Assembly: GCA_963755915.1 (NCBI GenBank)
Contig: CAVWLP010000002.1
Coordinates: forward strand, 448,001 to 512,000
Source of the DNA: an uncultured Phycisphaerales bacterium
Lineage (GTDB): Bacteria; Planctomycetota; Phycisphaerae; Tepidisphaerales; Tepidisphaeraceae
Reading direction: 5' to 3'
DNA: 64,000 nucleotides
Position 1 is the stretch's first letter. Each line of letters begins with the position of its first letter. This document shows positions 39,226-49,577 of this stretch, one piece after another. The notes below the pieces were generated by a model that saw only the letters and a program-made list of their open reading frames with translations, was not told the origin of the DNA and did no database searches. The translations under genes were made by a program, and so were the position numbers.

Positions 39226-39267
39226 TTGCCGATTGCCGATTGCCAATTGCCGATTGCCAATTGCCGA
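39226..39267 (+). repeat. Tandem heptamer TTGCC(G/A)A x6
   Basis: TTGCCGA TTGCCGA TTGCCAA TTGCCGA TTGCCAA TTGCCGA. Confidence 0.92.
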
Positions 39268-39292
39268 TTTTGAAATTCCTTTTATCGGACGG

Positions 39293-40422
39293 TCAGGCGA
39301 CCCACAGGTTCAGGGCGAAGCGCATCATGAGGACGGCGGAGAGGGGGCCGGAGATCAGGGTGTAGAGAATATGGAGCATACGCCGGCGGCGGGTGACGAT
39401 CGCGAGCATCATGAAAGCTGGAAAGAGGACGAGGATGAAACGCGTGATTGACCAGTAGCGGTCGGCGGTGAGCATGACGCTGAACATTGCAATAGTAAAG
39501 AGCCAGTAGGATGGGCGTAAGTGGCGGATGGCGAGGATGGTCATGACTGCCAGCAGAGCTGTGGGGCCGAGCTGGAGGGGCGCGCGGCCGGAGTGAAGGA
39601 CCGTGCCAAGGGTGCAGTAGTTCCAGGCTTTTTGCGCCGCGACGAAAGTGAGGGGGCTGCCGAACTGGTGCCATTGGAAAGCCATCCAGGCGAGGAGGCC
39701 TAATGGACCACACAGGAGGGTGAGGATGGCGGGGCGAATGCGGAATTTGTTTTGCTGGAAATATTCGACGGCCATGCCGACGGCGAGGAGGACGCCGTCG
39801 GGCGCGACAGCGCGGCGAGAGCCAGGAGCGGGCCGACGATGTTCCATTGTGATTTTCGAGCGTGATAAAAGGCCGCCGCGGCCAGCGCCATGAAGAGGGA
39901 CATGGGATAGACCGCGGACAAGAAAAACGACGTAGGGAAGATGAGGATAAACCAGCAGGCGCGGGAGGCGGTGGCGCGATCGTATCCCTCCATCAACAGG
40001 AGCGCCATGATATAGGCGAGGGCGATGGTGAGGCTGAGATTGGAGATGACCAGGCCGGCGATGAGGTAGGCGTCATCACCGCCACCGGCGAGGCGACCGC
40101 CGAGACGCATCAGCATCGGATAGAGGGGTGCGAAGGCGACCCCGCTCATCTGACCCGGCGTAAAGGAATATCCGTCGCGGGCAATGGTGAGATACCAGCG
40201 GCCGTCGAAGTGGGACCACATGTTCAGTGCGTTGGAAGATGTCGGCAGGTCCCAGCCGATGGCGCGGGCCTGGGGGACGTAAAGAATCGCGAAATATCCG
40301 GCGAAGACGAGGATCAGCCGCGTGTAGACGAAGGGGACGATCAGTCCGCGGAAGAAGAGGGGAAAGTCGATTCCGCTGCGCGGTTCCAAGGCGTCGAGGA
40401 TGGTGAGGTTTCGCGTGGTCAC
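39293..40422 (-). CDS. PIG-V-like (GT76) membrane mannosyltransferase (frameshift near 39805)
   Basis: WSHFDGRWYLTIARDGY, AFAPLYPML and FPTSFFLSAVYPMSLF; second frame continues (R)PDGVLL...FGSPLTFVAAQKAW...SITRF. Confidence 0.85.
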
Positions 40423-40432
40423 TCGCAGACTC

Positions 40433-41935
40433 TCAATCGTTTCTATGGTAGATCGTTTCCCACTGGAGTGTTGCTTCGGCGTGGTAATGCTTCTGCACAT
40501 AATCGCCAAGCTGCATCCAGGCGGCGATGAAATTGGCCTTGCGCTGCGGGCGGATTCCCAGCTCCTTGATTCGCGCGGCAAGCTTGCGGCCATATTCGGC
40601 GAAATTGGTGGCCACCACGATGTATTTCGGATGCGTCTGGTCGAAATCGCTGAGCATGTCGTGGCAATAGCGAAGCGGGGCCGTGTCGTCATTTACCCAG
40701 AGGAAGGTCATGGGATATTGCGAGCCGGGCTGAAGATCGGTGACGACAAGGAGGCGCATCATGCCGTCGAGCCAGACGCGGTCGCCGGGGTTTGCGTGGG
40801 CGGCGAGATATTGCTCGGACGGCTCAGGCTGGAGAGATTGCGGTGCGTAGTAGAGCACCTGGGCCGCGCCGAAGATCGAGAAGGCAGCGGGAAGGACGAG
40901 CGCGGCCGCGAGGGAGCCGAGGGCGGGGCGGCGCGGAATCAGGCCAAAGAGCAGGCTCGCCGGGGCGGCGAGGACGAGGAAGTGATAGGCATACATTCGC
41001 CGCTGGGCGACGATGCCGGCGCACTCGATGGTCATCCAGGCGATCGTGAAGAGGAGAATTGCGCTGGGCGTTCGCTGAGGCAAGCGATGGCGCGGGCGGC
41101 GGAAAATGTAACCGCGGACGAGCATCGGGAAGCCGACGATGATGCCGATGATGACGGGCTTGCTGAGGTCCCACCATTCCCAGGGCGAATTGGCGGCGTA
41201 GCCGGAGATCTGGCGGTAGATGCCGGGGAGCGCGGGGAATAGATCCGCGGCCTGGAAATAGGCGAGGCATGCGGAGGCGGGGATCGCGAAACCGGCGGCG
41301 GCTGCGAAGAGATGGGCGAGGAGCCTTCGCCAATCGTGGCGATAACGCCAAAGCGCGGTCATCGCGAAGGCGGCGAGCACCGCGAGGCCTGACGGCTTCA
41401 CCATCGCGGCAACGCCGGCGGCGAGGCCGACGGCGAAGGAATCGCGTGCGTCGTCGCCGGCGAGAGCTTCGATCGCGGCGCAGGCGGCGAGGATGCTGAA
41501 AAAGCTTTGGAGCGTTTCAAGCTGGAATCCGCCGCGCACGGCGAAATTGCAGTTGACGTAGACCAGGGCGAAGAGAAGCGTGGGGAGAAAGGCGTGTTTG
41601 CCGATGTTTCGCGCGGCCGTGCGGGCGAGCAGGAGGCAGCCGATCAATGCGAGGGCGGTTTGCAGGAAGACGTATCCGGGCCACCAGGCGCCGAAGGCGC
41701 GCCAGCAGGGGCTGACGATCAGGCCAACGGTGGGAAATTTGTTGTCGATGAGTTCATAGCCGATGCGGCCGCCGCCGGCGACGAGCTTACCCATGTAAAC
41801 GAACATGGCGCCGTCGGCGTCGAGGGGGCGGACCAGAAAGCTCAGCCGGCCGACAAGGGCGGATAAGAGGCAGAAGCCAATGAGGAGCCACAGGCCCACT
41901 CGTGCGCGGGCGGGGCGGCGAATCGAGGGCAACAT
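40433..41935 (-). CDS. ArnT/PMT-like GT-C membrane glycosyltransferase
   Basis: DADGAMFVYMG, DNKFP loop, MVKPSG, YAYHF and a periplasmic C-terminal domain with HPKYIV. Confidence 0.75.
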   Translation of the reverse strand: MLPSIRRPARARVGLWLLIGFCLLSALVGRLSFLVRPLDADGAMFVYMGKLVAGGGRIGYELIDNKFPTVGLIVSPCWRAFGAWWPGYVFLQTALALIGCLLLARTAARNIGKHAFLPTLLFALVYVNCNFAVRGGFQLETLQSFFSILAACAAIEALAGDDARDSFAVGLAAGVAAMVKPSGLAVLAAFAMTALWRYRHDWRRLLAHLFAAAAGFAIPASACLAYFQAADLFPALPGIYRQISGYAANSPWEWWDLSKPVIIGIIVGFPMLVRGYIFRRPRHRLPQRTPSAILLFTIAWMTIECAGIVAQRRMYAYHFLVLAAPASLLFGLIPRRPALGSLAAALVLPAAFSIFGAAQVLYYAPQSLQPEPSEQYLAAHANPGDRVWLDGMMRLLVVTDLQPGSQYPMTFLWVNDDTAPLRYCHDMLSDFDQTHPKYIVVATNFAEYGRKLAARIKELGIRPQRKANFIAAWMQLGDYVQKHYHAEATLQWETIYHRND

Positions 41936-42009
41936 TCTCCGGCAATGCGCAGACCGTCACAGGACTGTTATCGGTCCGGCAGACTTACGCGTTTATTTCA
42001 AAATCGAGA

Positions 42010-42501
42010 TCAGAAAATGATTGGCTTGCCCAGTTTTCTGCGCACCACCTGCATCTGCCCGAGGTGCATGGAGAAGTGATTGGGAATGAGCCCAAGCACG
42101 TGCCCGAGCGTGGGGCACATCCTGGCCAAACGTTCGGGGGATGGCTTGTCGAGATCGGCAGGCTTGAGCGACTTCACCCAGGCGATGGTGGCGCCGCGGA
42201 CCTTGATAAGCTGATCCAGCAACTGGGCCTTGGTACCGAAGAAGGCTGGATCATCCTTCGAGCAGGTTTCCTTGTTGAATTTCTTGTCCCATCCCTCTGG
42301 CAGTTGCGTGGCTGCCTTGGGGTCGAATTGAGATACCATCCAGGTCTCGGCGCCGGCGAGATGGCCAATCTGCCAGGCGGGGTGATTCGCGCCGGCACAG
42401 GGGCGGACATAAATATCCGCATCAGAAAAATCGGCGATGGTGCCCTTGAGCATTTCGAGATTGCCGGCGAGGCCGTCGGCGACGAGTTGAAATTGGTCCA
42501 T
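42010..42501 (-). CDS. DinB family protein
   Basis: NHPAWQIGHLA and HFSMHLGQ His motifs; 163 aa helical protein. Confidence 0.88.
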   Translation of the reverse strand: MDQFQLVADGLAGNLEMLKGTIADFSDADIYVRPCAGANHPAWQIGHLAGAETWMVSQFDPKAATQLPEGWDKKFNKETCSKDDPAFFGTKAQLLDQLIKVRGATIAWVKSLKPADLDKPSPERLARMCPTLGHVLGLIPNHFSMHLGQMQVVRRKLGKPIIF

Positions 42502-42590
42502 GGTGGGTGTCTCCGCTGAAGTAGTTGATATTGCTTGCCGGGAAATGATTGTTACGGGGCTGAAAGCCGCTGGCAAGGGCGGCGCGGCGG

Positions 42591-44711
42591 TTAATGCGAT
42601 GAATCGGAGCGGCAATATTCCCGCCAAATTTGACGATAGGCGTTTTCGATGTTCCGCGCAAATCGACGGGCGTTCATCAGGGGGCTGGTAAGCATGCGCT
42701 GGCGCAGGCTTTGGCGAAGCTCGGACAGACGCTGGGGGGACTGCGCGAGCGTGACGGCGGTTTGGACGTATTGACGCGGCCGGCGGACGGCGAGCTCGGG
42801 TATGCCGATGTTCATGAGGATGCTTTTTCCGCCGCGGCCGACGGCGGTTTGGCCGGCGAGGCTTACGACGGGGACGCCCATCCAGAGCGCATCGCAGGTG
42901 GTAATTCCACCGCCATAGGGAAACGGGTCTAACGCGATGTCGATTCTGCCGTAGGTCTGCACATAGTCGGCCCACGATTGCTTGGCGAGGAATTGCAGAC
43001 GATCCGGCGAAACGCCCGCGGCGGCGAAGCGTTGACGGACGGCGTCGAGATGCGAGCCGCCATAGGCATGGAGGATCAATTGCGAATTCGGCACGGCCGC
43101 GAGGATTTCGGCCCATAAATCCAGCGAGCCGGGCGAGACCTTTGCGAAATTGTTCAGGCAGCCGAAGGTGATGTGGCCGGCGCTCTCAAACGGCGGGGGC
43201 GAGGGATCGGGCGTGGGGCCGGCGTTGCGATAGCACCACCAGGTTTCGGGCAGGCGGAGGGTTTGCTCGCTGTAAAGCGAAAGATCAGATTCGGGCGGAT
43301 CGAGATTGGGGTCGGAAAGGCGGTAGTCGATCGCATCCAAGCCGGTGCTGGCGCAGTAACCGAGATACGTCACCTGGATAGGAGCCGGTTTTCTGGCGAA
43401 GGTGAGCAGGCGGTTGCCGGACATGTGCAGGGAGAGATCGACGAGGATGTCGATGCCGTCAGAGCGGATGATCTCGGCAAGCTGTTCATCGCCCAGCGCG
43501 GCGACGTCGCGCCAGACATCGGCATGGGAGCGGATGACATCGGTGAACGGGTCGGGGTGAGGGACGCTGCTATAGCAGTGGATTTCGAATTCCTTGTGGT
43601 CGTGCTCGGAGAGAAGCGGAAAGAGATTCTGCCCGACGACGTGCCGGCGGAAGTCGGGCGAGACGTAGCCGATTTTGAGGCGGCGATGGGAATCGCGGTC
43701 GTTGGCATGCGAACGGATGGAAGATTCAAGCGGCTTGGCATGACGCTGGTTCCAGAGGCGTTGCTGGCGGGCGATTTCGGGGCCGTCGTAGCCGCCGTGG
43801 AAACTGAGGAGATAAATCAGGTTGCTGTGGATTGCGGCGCTTTCGGGGCGAAGCTCCATCGCGTGTTCGCATTGATCGAGGGCTTCGTCGATGAGCCCCT
43901 GCTCTTTGAAGGCGACGCCGAGATTGTTGACGGCTTCGATTGAATTGGGATCGAGTTCGAGAGCGCGGCGATAGGCGGAAACCGCTCCGTCGAGATCGGG
44001 CTTGGCAAGCATCGCATGGCCGAGGCGAACGACAGGCGCGGGATTGCCGGGGAGCAGGTCGGCGGCGCGGCGGTAGGCGTTTGCCGCGGGATCCATCTGG
44101 CCGAGCTCGAAGAGGGCATCGCCGATGGATAGCTGTGTGGGAGCGTGGGCGGGCCATTTCGCGGCGATCTGGACATACGTCGCCAGCGCCGCCTGCGGGC
44201 GGCCGCGGAGGTGAAGTGCGTTGGCGAGGTTTGTGCGGACTTCGATGAGGTCGGGATTGATCGTCGCGGCTTTCTGCCAGGCGACGATCGCAAGATCGAC
44301 ATCGCCCCTGGAATAGAGGGCGCTGCCGATGTTGTTATAGGCTTCGGCAAACTGCGGGCGCTTTTCCAGGGCGATCGCCAGCTCGGCCAGGGCGGATTCG
44401 AATTGGCCGTCGTGATAGAGTGCGGCGCCCAGGGCGTTGCGGATATCCGGATCGTCGGGAAGCAGAGCGAGCGCCGCGCGATAGGCTTCGATCGCTTCGG
44501 GCCAGCGCGACATGCGGCACAAGGCGTTGCCGAGGTTGGCGTGCGCCTGGGCGAGATCGGGATTGATTTCGATCGCGTGCCGATAGGCGTGTGCGGCCTC
44601 TTCGAATCGCCCGGCAGTTTCGAGGGCAACGCCCAGATTTACGCGATATTCAGCGACGAGCGGCTGCGCCTCGATCGCACTCTGGAGCATCGACAAATCG
44701 GATTCACCCAT
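42591..44711 (-). CDS. TPR-containing O-GlcNAc transferase / SPINDLY-like protein (GT41)
   Basis: About 9 TPRs, then KIGYVSPDFRRHVVG, IDILVDLSLH, APIQVTYLGY, FGCLNNFAKV and DPFPYGGGITTCDALWMGVPVV. Confidence 0.93.
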   Translation of the reverse strand: MGESDLSMLQSAIEAQPLVAEYRVNLGVALETAGRFEEAAHAYRHAIEINPDLAQAHANLGNALCRMSRWPEAIEAYRAALALLPDDPDIRNALGAALYHDGQFESALAELAIALEKRPQFAEAYNNIGSALYSRGDVDLAIVAWQKAATINPDLIEVRTNLANALHLRGRPQAALATYVQIAAKWPAHAPTQLSIGDALFELGQMDPAANAYRRAADLLPGNPAPVVRLGHAMLAKPDLDGAVSAYRRALELDPNSIEAVNNLGVAFKEQGLIDEALDQCEHAMELRPESAAIHSNLIYLLSFHGGYDGPEIARQQRLWNQRHAKPLESSIRSHANDRDSHRRLKIGYVSPDFRRHVVGQNLFPLLSEHDHKEFEIHCYSSVPHPDPFTDVIRSHADVWRDVAALGDEQLAEIIRSDGIDILVDLSLHMSGNRLLTFARKPAPIQVTYLGYCASTGLDAIDYRLSDPNLDPPESDLSLYSEQTLRLPETWWCYRNAGPTPDPSPPPFESAGHITFGCLNNFAKVSPGSLDLWAEILAAVPNSQLILHAYGGSHLDAVRQRFAAAGVSPDRLQFLAKQSWADYVQTYGRIDIALDPFPYGGGITTCDALWMGVPVVSLAGQTAVGRGGKSILMNIGIPELAVRRPRQYVQTAVTLAQSPQRLSELRQSLRQRMLTSPLMNARRFARNIENAYRQIWREYCRSDSSH

Positions 44712-44764
44712 ACGGATTGTTAAATGTTAGTTAGCACCGCTGATAAAGTCAGTAGAATCGAAAT

Positions 44765-45919
44765 ATGAAATCCGCGCGTTGCCTAGTATGGGCGATTCTG
44801 CCTACGATCTTCGTTTTTACCGCAAGGGAGCGGGCCATGGCGCAAAGCAATTTCTGGGTTTATATCGGAACGAACAACCGTCCTCCGGGCAAGAGCGAGG
44901 GGATTTATCTATTCCGGCTTGACACAGTTACCGGCACGATCACGCGCGTGGGCGTCGCCGCGAAGATGCTGGACCCGGGCTGGCAGGTGATTTCGCGGGA
45001 CGGGAAATTTCTCTACACCAACGGCACGATCGACAACCATCAAAAGTCCATCGTCGCGGCGTTTGCCATCGACCCGGCAACCGGCGCTTTGAAATTCATC
45101 AACCAGCAGCAAACCAATGGAAACGACACGACGCATGTCGACATCGACCCGGCCCGGACGTGCGCGGTGACGGCGAATTACAACTCGGGCGACATGACGG
45201 TGCTGCCGATCGATTCCGATGGCTCGGTGATGCCGCTGACGGCGATCATCAAGCACACAGGCTCCGGCGTCAATCCGGAGCGGCAGAAGCATCCATATCC
45301 GCATTCGGCGAATTTCGATCCGACGGGGAAATGGGTGCTGGTGCCGGACCTGGGGGTGGACAAGGTTTATGTCTACCGCTACGACCAGGCGTCGCATGCG
45401 CTGAAGGATGGCGATCCACCGACCGTCGCGGTGACGCCCGGCTCGGGGCCGCGGCATCTTTCGTTTTCGCCGGATGGGAAGTTCGCGTATCTCATTCACG
45501 AGATGGGAGGAATTCTGACCGTCTTCGCGTGGGACGCCGGCAAGGGGAGATTAACGACGCTTCAGACGATTTCGACATTGCCGAAAGATTACACGGGGAA
45601 AAATACGTCGGCCGAGGTGCACCTTCTGCCGAACGGGAAATTTCTTTATGCGTCCAACCGCGGTCCGGACGACCTGGCGATTTTTTCGGTGAATCCGGAC
45701 GGAACGGTGAAGCTGCTGGGATTTGAGTCGACGGCGGGCAAAGCGCCGAGGGATTTTAATATTGATCCAAGCGGGAAGTTTCTGATTGCGGCGAACCAGG
45801 ATTCGGATTCCGTAACCGTGTTTCGCGTGGATCAGGAGACGGGGATGCTGACAAGAATCGGCTCGCCGCTGGAAGTGCCGAGGCCGATTTGCGTCAAATT
45901 CCGCGCGGTTGGCCAATAG
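44765..45919 (+). CDS. pgl: Lactonase family beta-propeller (6-phosphogluconolactonase-like), secreted
   Basis: VYIGT, ANYNSG, RQKHPYPHS, PDLGVD, GSGPRH, YASNRG, PRDF and ANQDSD; signal peptide. Confidence 0.88.
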   Translation: MKSARCLVWAILPTIFVFTARERAMAQSNFWVYIGTNNRPPGKSEGIYLFRLDTVTGTITRVGVAAKMLDPGWQVISRDGKFLYTNGTIDNHQKSIVAAFAIDPATGALKFINQQQTNGNDTTHVDIDPARTCAVTANYNSGDMTVLPIDSDGSVMPLTAIIKHTGSGVNPERQKHPYPHSANFDPTGKWVLVPDLGVDKVYVYRYDQASHALKDGDPPTVAVTPGSGPRHLSFSPDGKFAYLIHEMGGILTVFAWDAGKGRLTTLQTISTLPKDYTGKNTSAEVHLLPNGKFLYASNRGPDDLAIFSVNPDGTVKLLGFESTAGKAPRDFNIDPSGKFLIAANQDSDSVTVFRVDQETGMLTRIGSPLEVPRPICVKFRAVGQ

Positions 45920-45921
45920 GC

Positions 45922-47082
45922 TCAGGCAATCGCTTCCTTGTAATACTCGATCATTTTTCCGGCCACTTGCGGCCAGGTAAATCGTGTGACGACGAGGTTT
46001 CGTCCACGAAGTCCCATTTCGCGCGCGGCGGCGGGATCGCGCAGCACTTTGGCGATTCCATCGGCCACGGCGGGAGCGTTTAATTCCGTGATGAAACCGG
46101 CGCCGGCTTCGGCAACTTCGGGAAAATGGCAGCTCGTGGAGATCACCACCGGCGCTTCGCATGCCATGGCTTCGGTGACCGCCAGGCTGAACCCCTCCTG
46201 CCGGCTGGGAAGGCAAAAGCAATCGCAGTCGCGCAGCGCGGCGATCTTTTCCGCTGCGTAAATCGGGCCGATGAGGTGGACGCGATCGGCGATGCCCAGC
46301 TTGGCGACCTGCGCCTCGAAGGAGGATTTCACGCCGTCGTCGGGGCCGGCGACGACGAGGCGGGCGTCGGAGAATTCCTTCGCGACGATGGCGAAGGCAT
46401 CAGCCAGATAATCCAGTCCCTTCTTATAATGCAGGCGGCTGAGGAAAAATACGATCTTCCCAGCCTCGAACTGGGGATGAGACGCTCGAAACGCGCCGCG
46501 CGGCGGCAGGGGATCGAGCTCCTGAAGGAAGATTCCATTCGGCAAGACGCGTGTTGGGGAAGTGAAATGGAGATTTTTCACCAGATCGCGCTCGTCGGTG
46601 TTCAGAAAATGGAGGAACGCGGCCTGGTTGAGCATCCAGCGATAGCCCAGAATCAGCGCAATGCGCTTCTTCCATTTCTTCTGGGTCAGGGCCCAGGGAT
46701 CGAGCATGCCGTGAGGCGTCAGGACAAACGGCTTTTTCTGCGCGGCGGCGAGCGAGGCCATCGCGTTGGTGAGCGGATCCCACACGCCGTGCAGATGCAG
46801 GATGTCGAACTGCGAGACGATCGGCTCCAGCCGCCGGCGCGCACCGCGCGCCAGAAACCGCTCCGGCTTCGTGAGGGGAGGCAGGTATTGGAATTTGACC
46901 TTCTCGATGTCAGGGACGGTCGCCAGGGAGGCGTCGATGCGCTGCTGTGCCTCGGGAAATCGATAGGAAACGATCTCCAGCTCACACCCCAGCGCCGCCT
47001 GCGCGGCGGCAAGCCGGGCGGCGACCATGGGCGGGCCGCCGGTTGCAGGATCTAGCGAGGGAATCGCGTGGAGGATTTTCAT
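45922..47082 (-). CDS. Glycosyltransferase family 4
   Basis: GGPP N-terminal motif, HLHGVW, TPHGML, LSRLHYKKG and SRQEGFSLAVTEAMA. Confidence 0.92.
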   Translation of the reverse strand: MKILHAIPSLDPATGGPPMVAARLAAAQAALGCELEIVSYRFPEAQQRIDASLATVPDIEKVKFQYLPPLTKPERFLARGARRRLEPIVSQFDILHLHGVWDPLTNAMASLAAAQKKPFVLTPHGMLDPWALTQKKWKKRIALILGYRWMLNQAAFLHFLNTDERDLVKNLHFTSPTRVLPNGIFLQELDPLPPRGAFRASHPQFEAGKIVFFLSRLHYKKGLDYLADAFAIVAKEFSDARLVVAGPDDGVKSSFEAQVAKLGIADRVHLIGPIYAAEKIAALRDCDCFCLPSRQEGFSLAVTEAMACEAPVVISTSCHFPEVAEAGAGFITELNAPAVADGIAKVLRDPAAAREMGLRGRNLVVTRFTWPQVAGKMIEYYKEAIA

Positions 47083-47254
47083 CCGATAAGTTGGAGTGCC
47101 GAGTGATATGCTGCTCTCTCATTCGGCATTTGGCATTCGACATTGGCCATTTGGTCTCAATATTCCAGGTTCGCCAGATGGCCTATAATATGGCCGATAT
47201 CGTCTGGGGTCGAAAAGCCTTGACGTTGGTCATCGGCGTGGGAGTTTCCGGCAC

Positions 47255-49480
47255 GTGAAGCATTTCCTGAAAGCGACCGGCAGAGCGCTGAAATACGGCG
47301 CCCTCAAGTGGGCGGCCGATCATCGTATCGGCAAGCAGGATGTCGATGACTCCCGTGCAGCCCAGGTGCAGTCGGCCTACCTCATCGGCTGCGGTCGTTC
47401 GGGAACGACCATCTGCGGCGAGGTGCTGCGGCGTCATCCGCAGGTGAAATACTTCTTCGAGCCGTATCACCTCTGGGCCACCATCGACCCGACGATCGAC
47501 GTGCTGAACCTTTATCACATCGGCGCGTCCAGTTTCATTCTCGATTCTCAGCGGTGCAGTGCCGAGTCGCGGCGGAGATTCAATCGATTGCTCCTGGATT
47601 CGGTGCGGCGGTGGAAAAAATCGCTGATGCTGGAGAAAACGCCCTTCAACGCCTGCCGGATCGGATATCTCGATGCGATCAGTCCCGACTGCAAATTCAT
47701 TCACCTGGTCCGCGACGGGGTGGACGTGGCGCGGTCGATCGACCGGCTCTCGCGCGACCGGGGTTACGGAATCGTCGGCAAGCCCGACCTCAACCGCTGG
47801 TGGGGCCGCGCCGGGTCCAAATGGGCGGCGCTTTCGTCCGACGGCAGCGCGATGAATTATTTCGCGGATGAAGTCCCCCAATTGCACAGCTACGAATCCA
47901 AGGGCGCGTACGAGTGGATGGTAAGCATGTGCGAAATCGACCGGCACAGGGAGCGGCTGGGGGATCGGCTGCTGGAAATCACCTACGACGACCTGACCTC
48001 AAAACCCGGCGAAACGCTGCGGCGAATCTGCGGATTCCTTTCGCTGCCGGTGAACGAAACATGGCTCAAGCGCGAGACCGGACGCATCGACGAAGCGCGA
48101 AGGAATTACGGCGTCCCCCTGGTCCTGCCCCCGCGGATGGCCGAGGCGTTTAACCAGGCGCAGGAGCGATTCGGCTTCAAGAACCGCGCCCTCGCTGGAA
48201 CGCCGAAAATGTCGTCGCCGGTGAAGATCGGAATCATCTCCAACGAGCCAACCCCTTATCGCCTCCACGTCCTGGAGCGGCTGTCGAAAGAGCTTGAAAA
48301 CGCCGAGGTGCACAATGTTTTCACCCACACGATTTCCAATCCCAGCATGCCCTGGCAGATGAGCATCGCGGCGAACCTCAATCCCATATTTTTTGCCAAG
48401 AACCACCTGCGCACGCGCATGCCGATTTCCTGGCGGCACGTCCGGCTCTTCCGCGAAATCCGCGATCATATTTTGCAGCACGAAATCCAGATGGTGATTC
48501 TGCTCGGCTACAACGACCTGACGCGCGTCCTGCTGATCCGCTGGGCCAGGAAGCTGGGGCTTCCGATGTTGCTGGCGGCCGACTCCAACGTCTTCGGCGA
48601 TGCGAGAACGCCCTGGTGGCTGAAGATGATCAAGCGGCGCTACGTCCGCTGGGTGGTGAAACGCCTCTCAGGCCTAATGCCGATGGGAACCTGCGGACGG
48701 GCTTATTTCCGAAGTTATGTCGATCATAACCTCCCGGAATTTCTGTTCCCCTACGAGCCGGATTACCAGTTGCTGCGCGACATCGACCCGAAGAAAGTCG
48801 AGGCGTTCAAGCAGAAGCACAAGCTTGCCCCCGGGCGCAAGCGCCTGCTCTATTGCGGGCGGCTGGTGCAGGTGAAACGCGTGGACGTGCTGCTGGAGGC
48901 TTTTGCGCGGGTGGCGCTGGCACGGCCGGACTGGGACGTGGTCATCGCCGGCGACGGACCGCTGAAAAAAAACCTTCAGCGCTCACTGGGCGACGCGATC
49001 AAATCACGCGTGAAATGGCTGGGGTTCCTTCAGTTTGAGGAGCTGGTAATGGCGTATCACGCCTGTGACGTGCTGGTCCATCCCAGCGATTATGAGCCCT
49101 GGGCGCTGGTCATCAACGAAGCGGTCGCATGCGAGCTGCCGATTATTGCAACTTCCGTGGTCGGCGCGGCTGTAGAACTGGTGCGGCACCAGGAGAACGG
49201 GCTGATCGTCTCCCCGCGCAGCATCGAATCGATGACCAACGCCATCTGGGAGATCACCCGAACCGACCGCTACCTTGAGATGAAGGCCAACTGCCTGCCC
49301 ATGCTGGATGCATGGAAAAAGGCGGCCGACCCCGTGGACGGGGTGAGGGAGGCCCTGCGATATTTCGGGCTGGTGTGGCGGCAGCAGGTGGTGGCAGTGA
49401 CACCACCGCGCGAACAAAGTAAACTTACCGACGTACCCGAAAACAAGAGTCCGGTAATGTACAATACGGGGTTGCGGTAA
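47255..49480 (+). CDS. Sulfotransferase - glycosyltransferase family 4 fusion protein
   Basis: N-half: GCGRSGTT (5'-PSB loop), LEKTP, HLVRDG, ITYDDL. C-half: CGRLVQVKRVD and PSDYEPWALVINEAVA. Confidence 0.88.
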   Translation: MKHFLKATGRALKYGALKWAADHRIGKQDVDDSRAAQVQSAYLIGCGRSGTTICGEVLRRHPQVKYFFEPYHLWATIDPTIDVLNLYHIGASSFILDSQRCSAESRRRFNRLLLDSVRRWKKSLMLEKTPFNACRIGYLDAISPDCKFIHLVRDGVDVARSIDRLSRDRGYGIVGKPDLNRWWGRAGSKWAALSSDGSAMNYFADEVPQLHSYESKGAYEWMVSMCEIDRHRERLGDRLLEITYDDLTSKPGETLRRICGFLSLPVNETWLKRETGRIDEARRNYGVPLVLPPRMAEAFNQAQERFGFKNRALAGTPKMSSPVKIGIISNEPTPYRLHVLERLSKELENAEVHNVFTHTISNPSMPWQMSIAANLNPIFFAKNHLRTRMPISWRHVRLFREIRDHILQHEIQMVILLGYNDLTRVLLIRWARKLGLPMLLAADSNVFGDARTPWWLKMIKRRYVRWVVKRLSGLMPMGTCGRAYFRSYVDHNLPEFLFPYEPDYQLLRDIDPKKVEAFKQKHKLAPGRKRLLYCGRLVQVKRVDVLLEAFARVALARPDWDVVIAGDGPLKKNLQRSLGDAIKSRVKWLGFLQFEELVMAYHACDVLVHPSDYEPWALVINEAVACELPIIATSVVGAAVELVRHQENGLIVSPRSIESMTNAIWEITRTDRYLEMKANCLPMLDAWKKAADPVDGVREALRYFGLVWRQQVVAVTPPREQSKLTDVPENKSPVMYNTGLR

Positions 49481-49577
49481 AAGCCAGGCCGGGTTTGATA
49501 CGAATATGAATTGTACGGCGCTGCATCGGGAGGGTTCCCGCCCAGTGTCAGCACCGCGGCTTGTGGTTGTTCCGTGA

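Noticed and set aside
8954-39267. Intergenic repeats as a CRISPR array
   Set aside because: No constant repeat with unique 30-40 bp spacers, and no cas genes.
49447-49475. dif-like site (GTCCGGTAATGTACAATACGG) near the skew switch
   Set aside because: The right arm does not match the XerD consensus and it lies inside a coding end; the TGTTAAAT at about 44718 likewise lacks a XerC arm.
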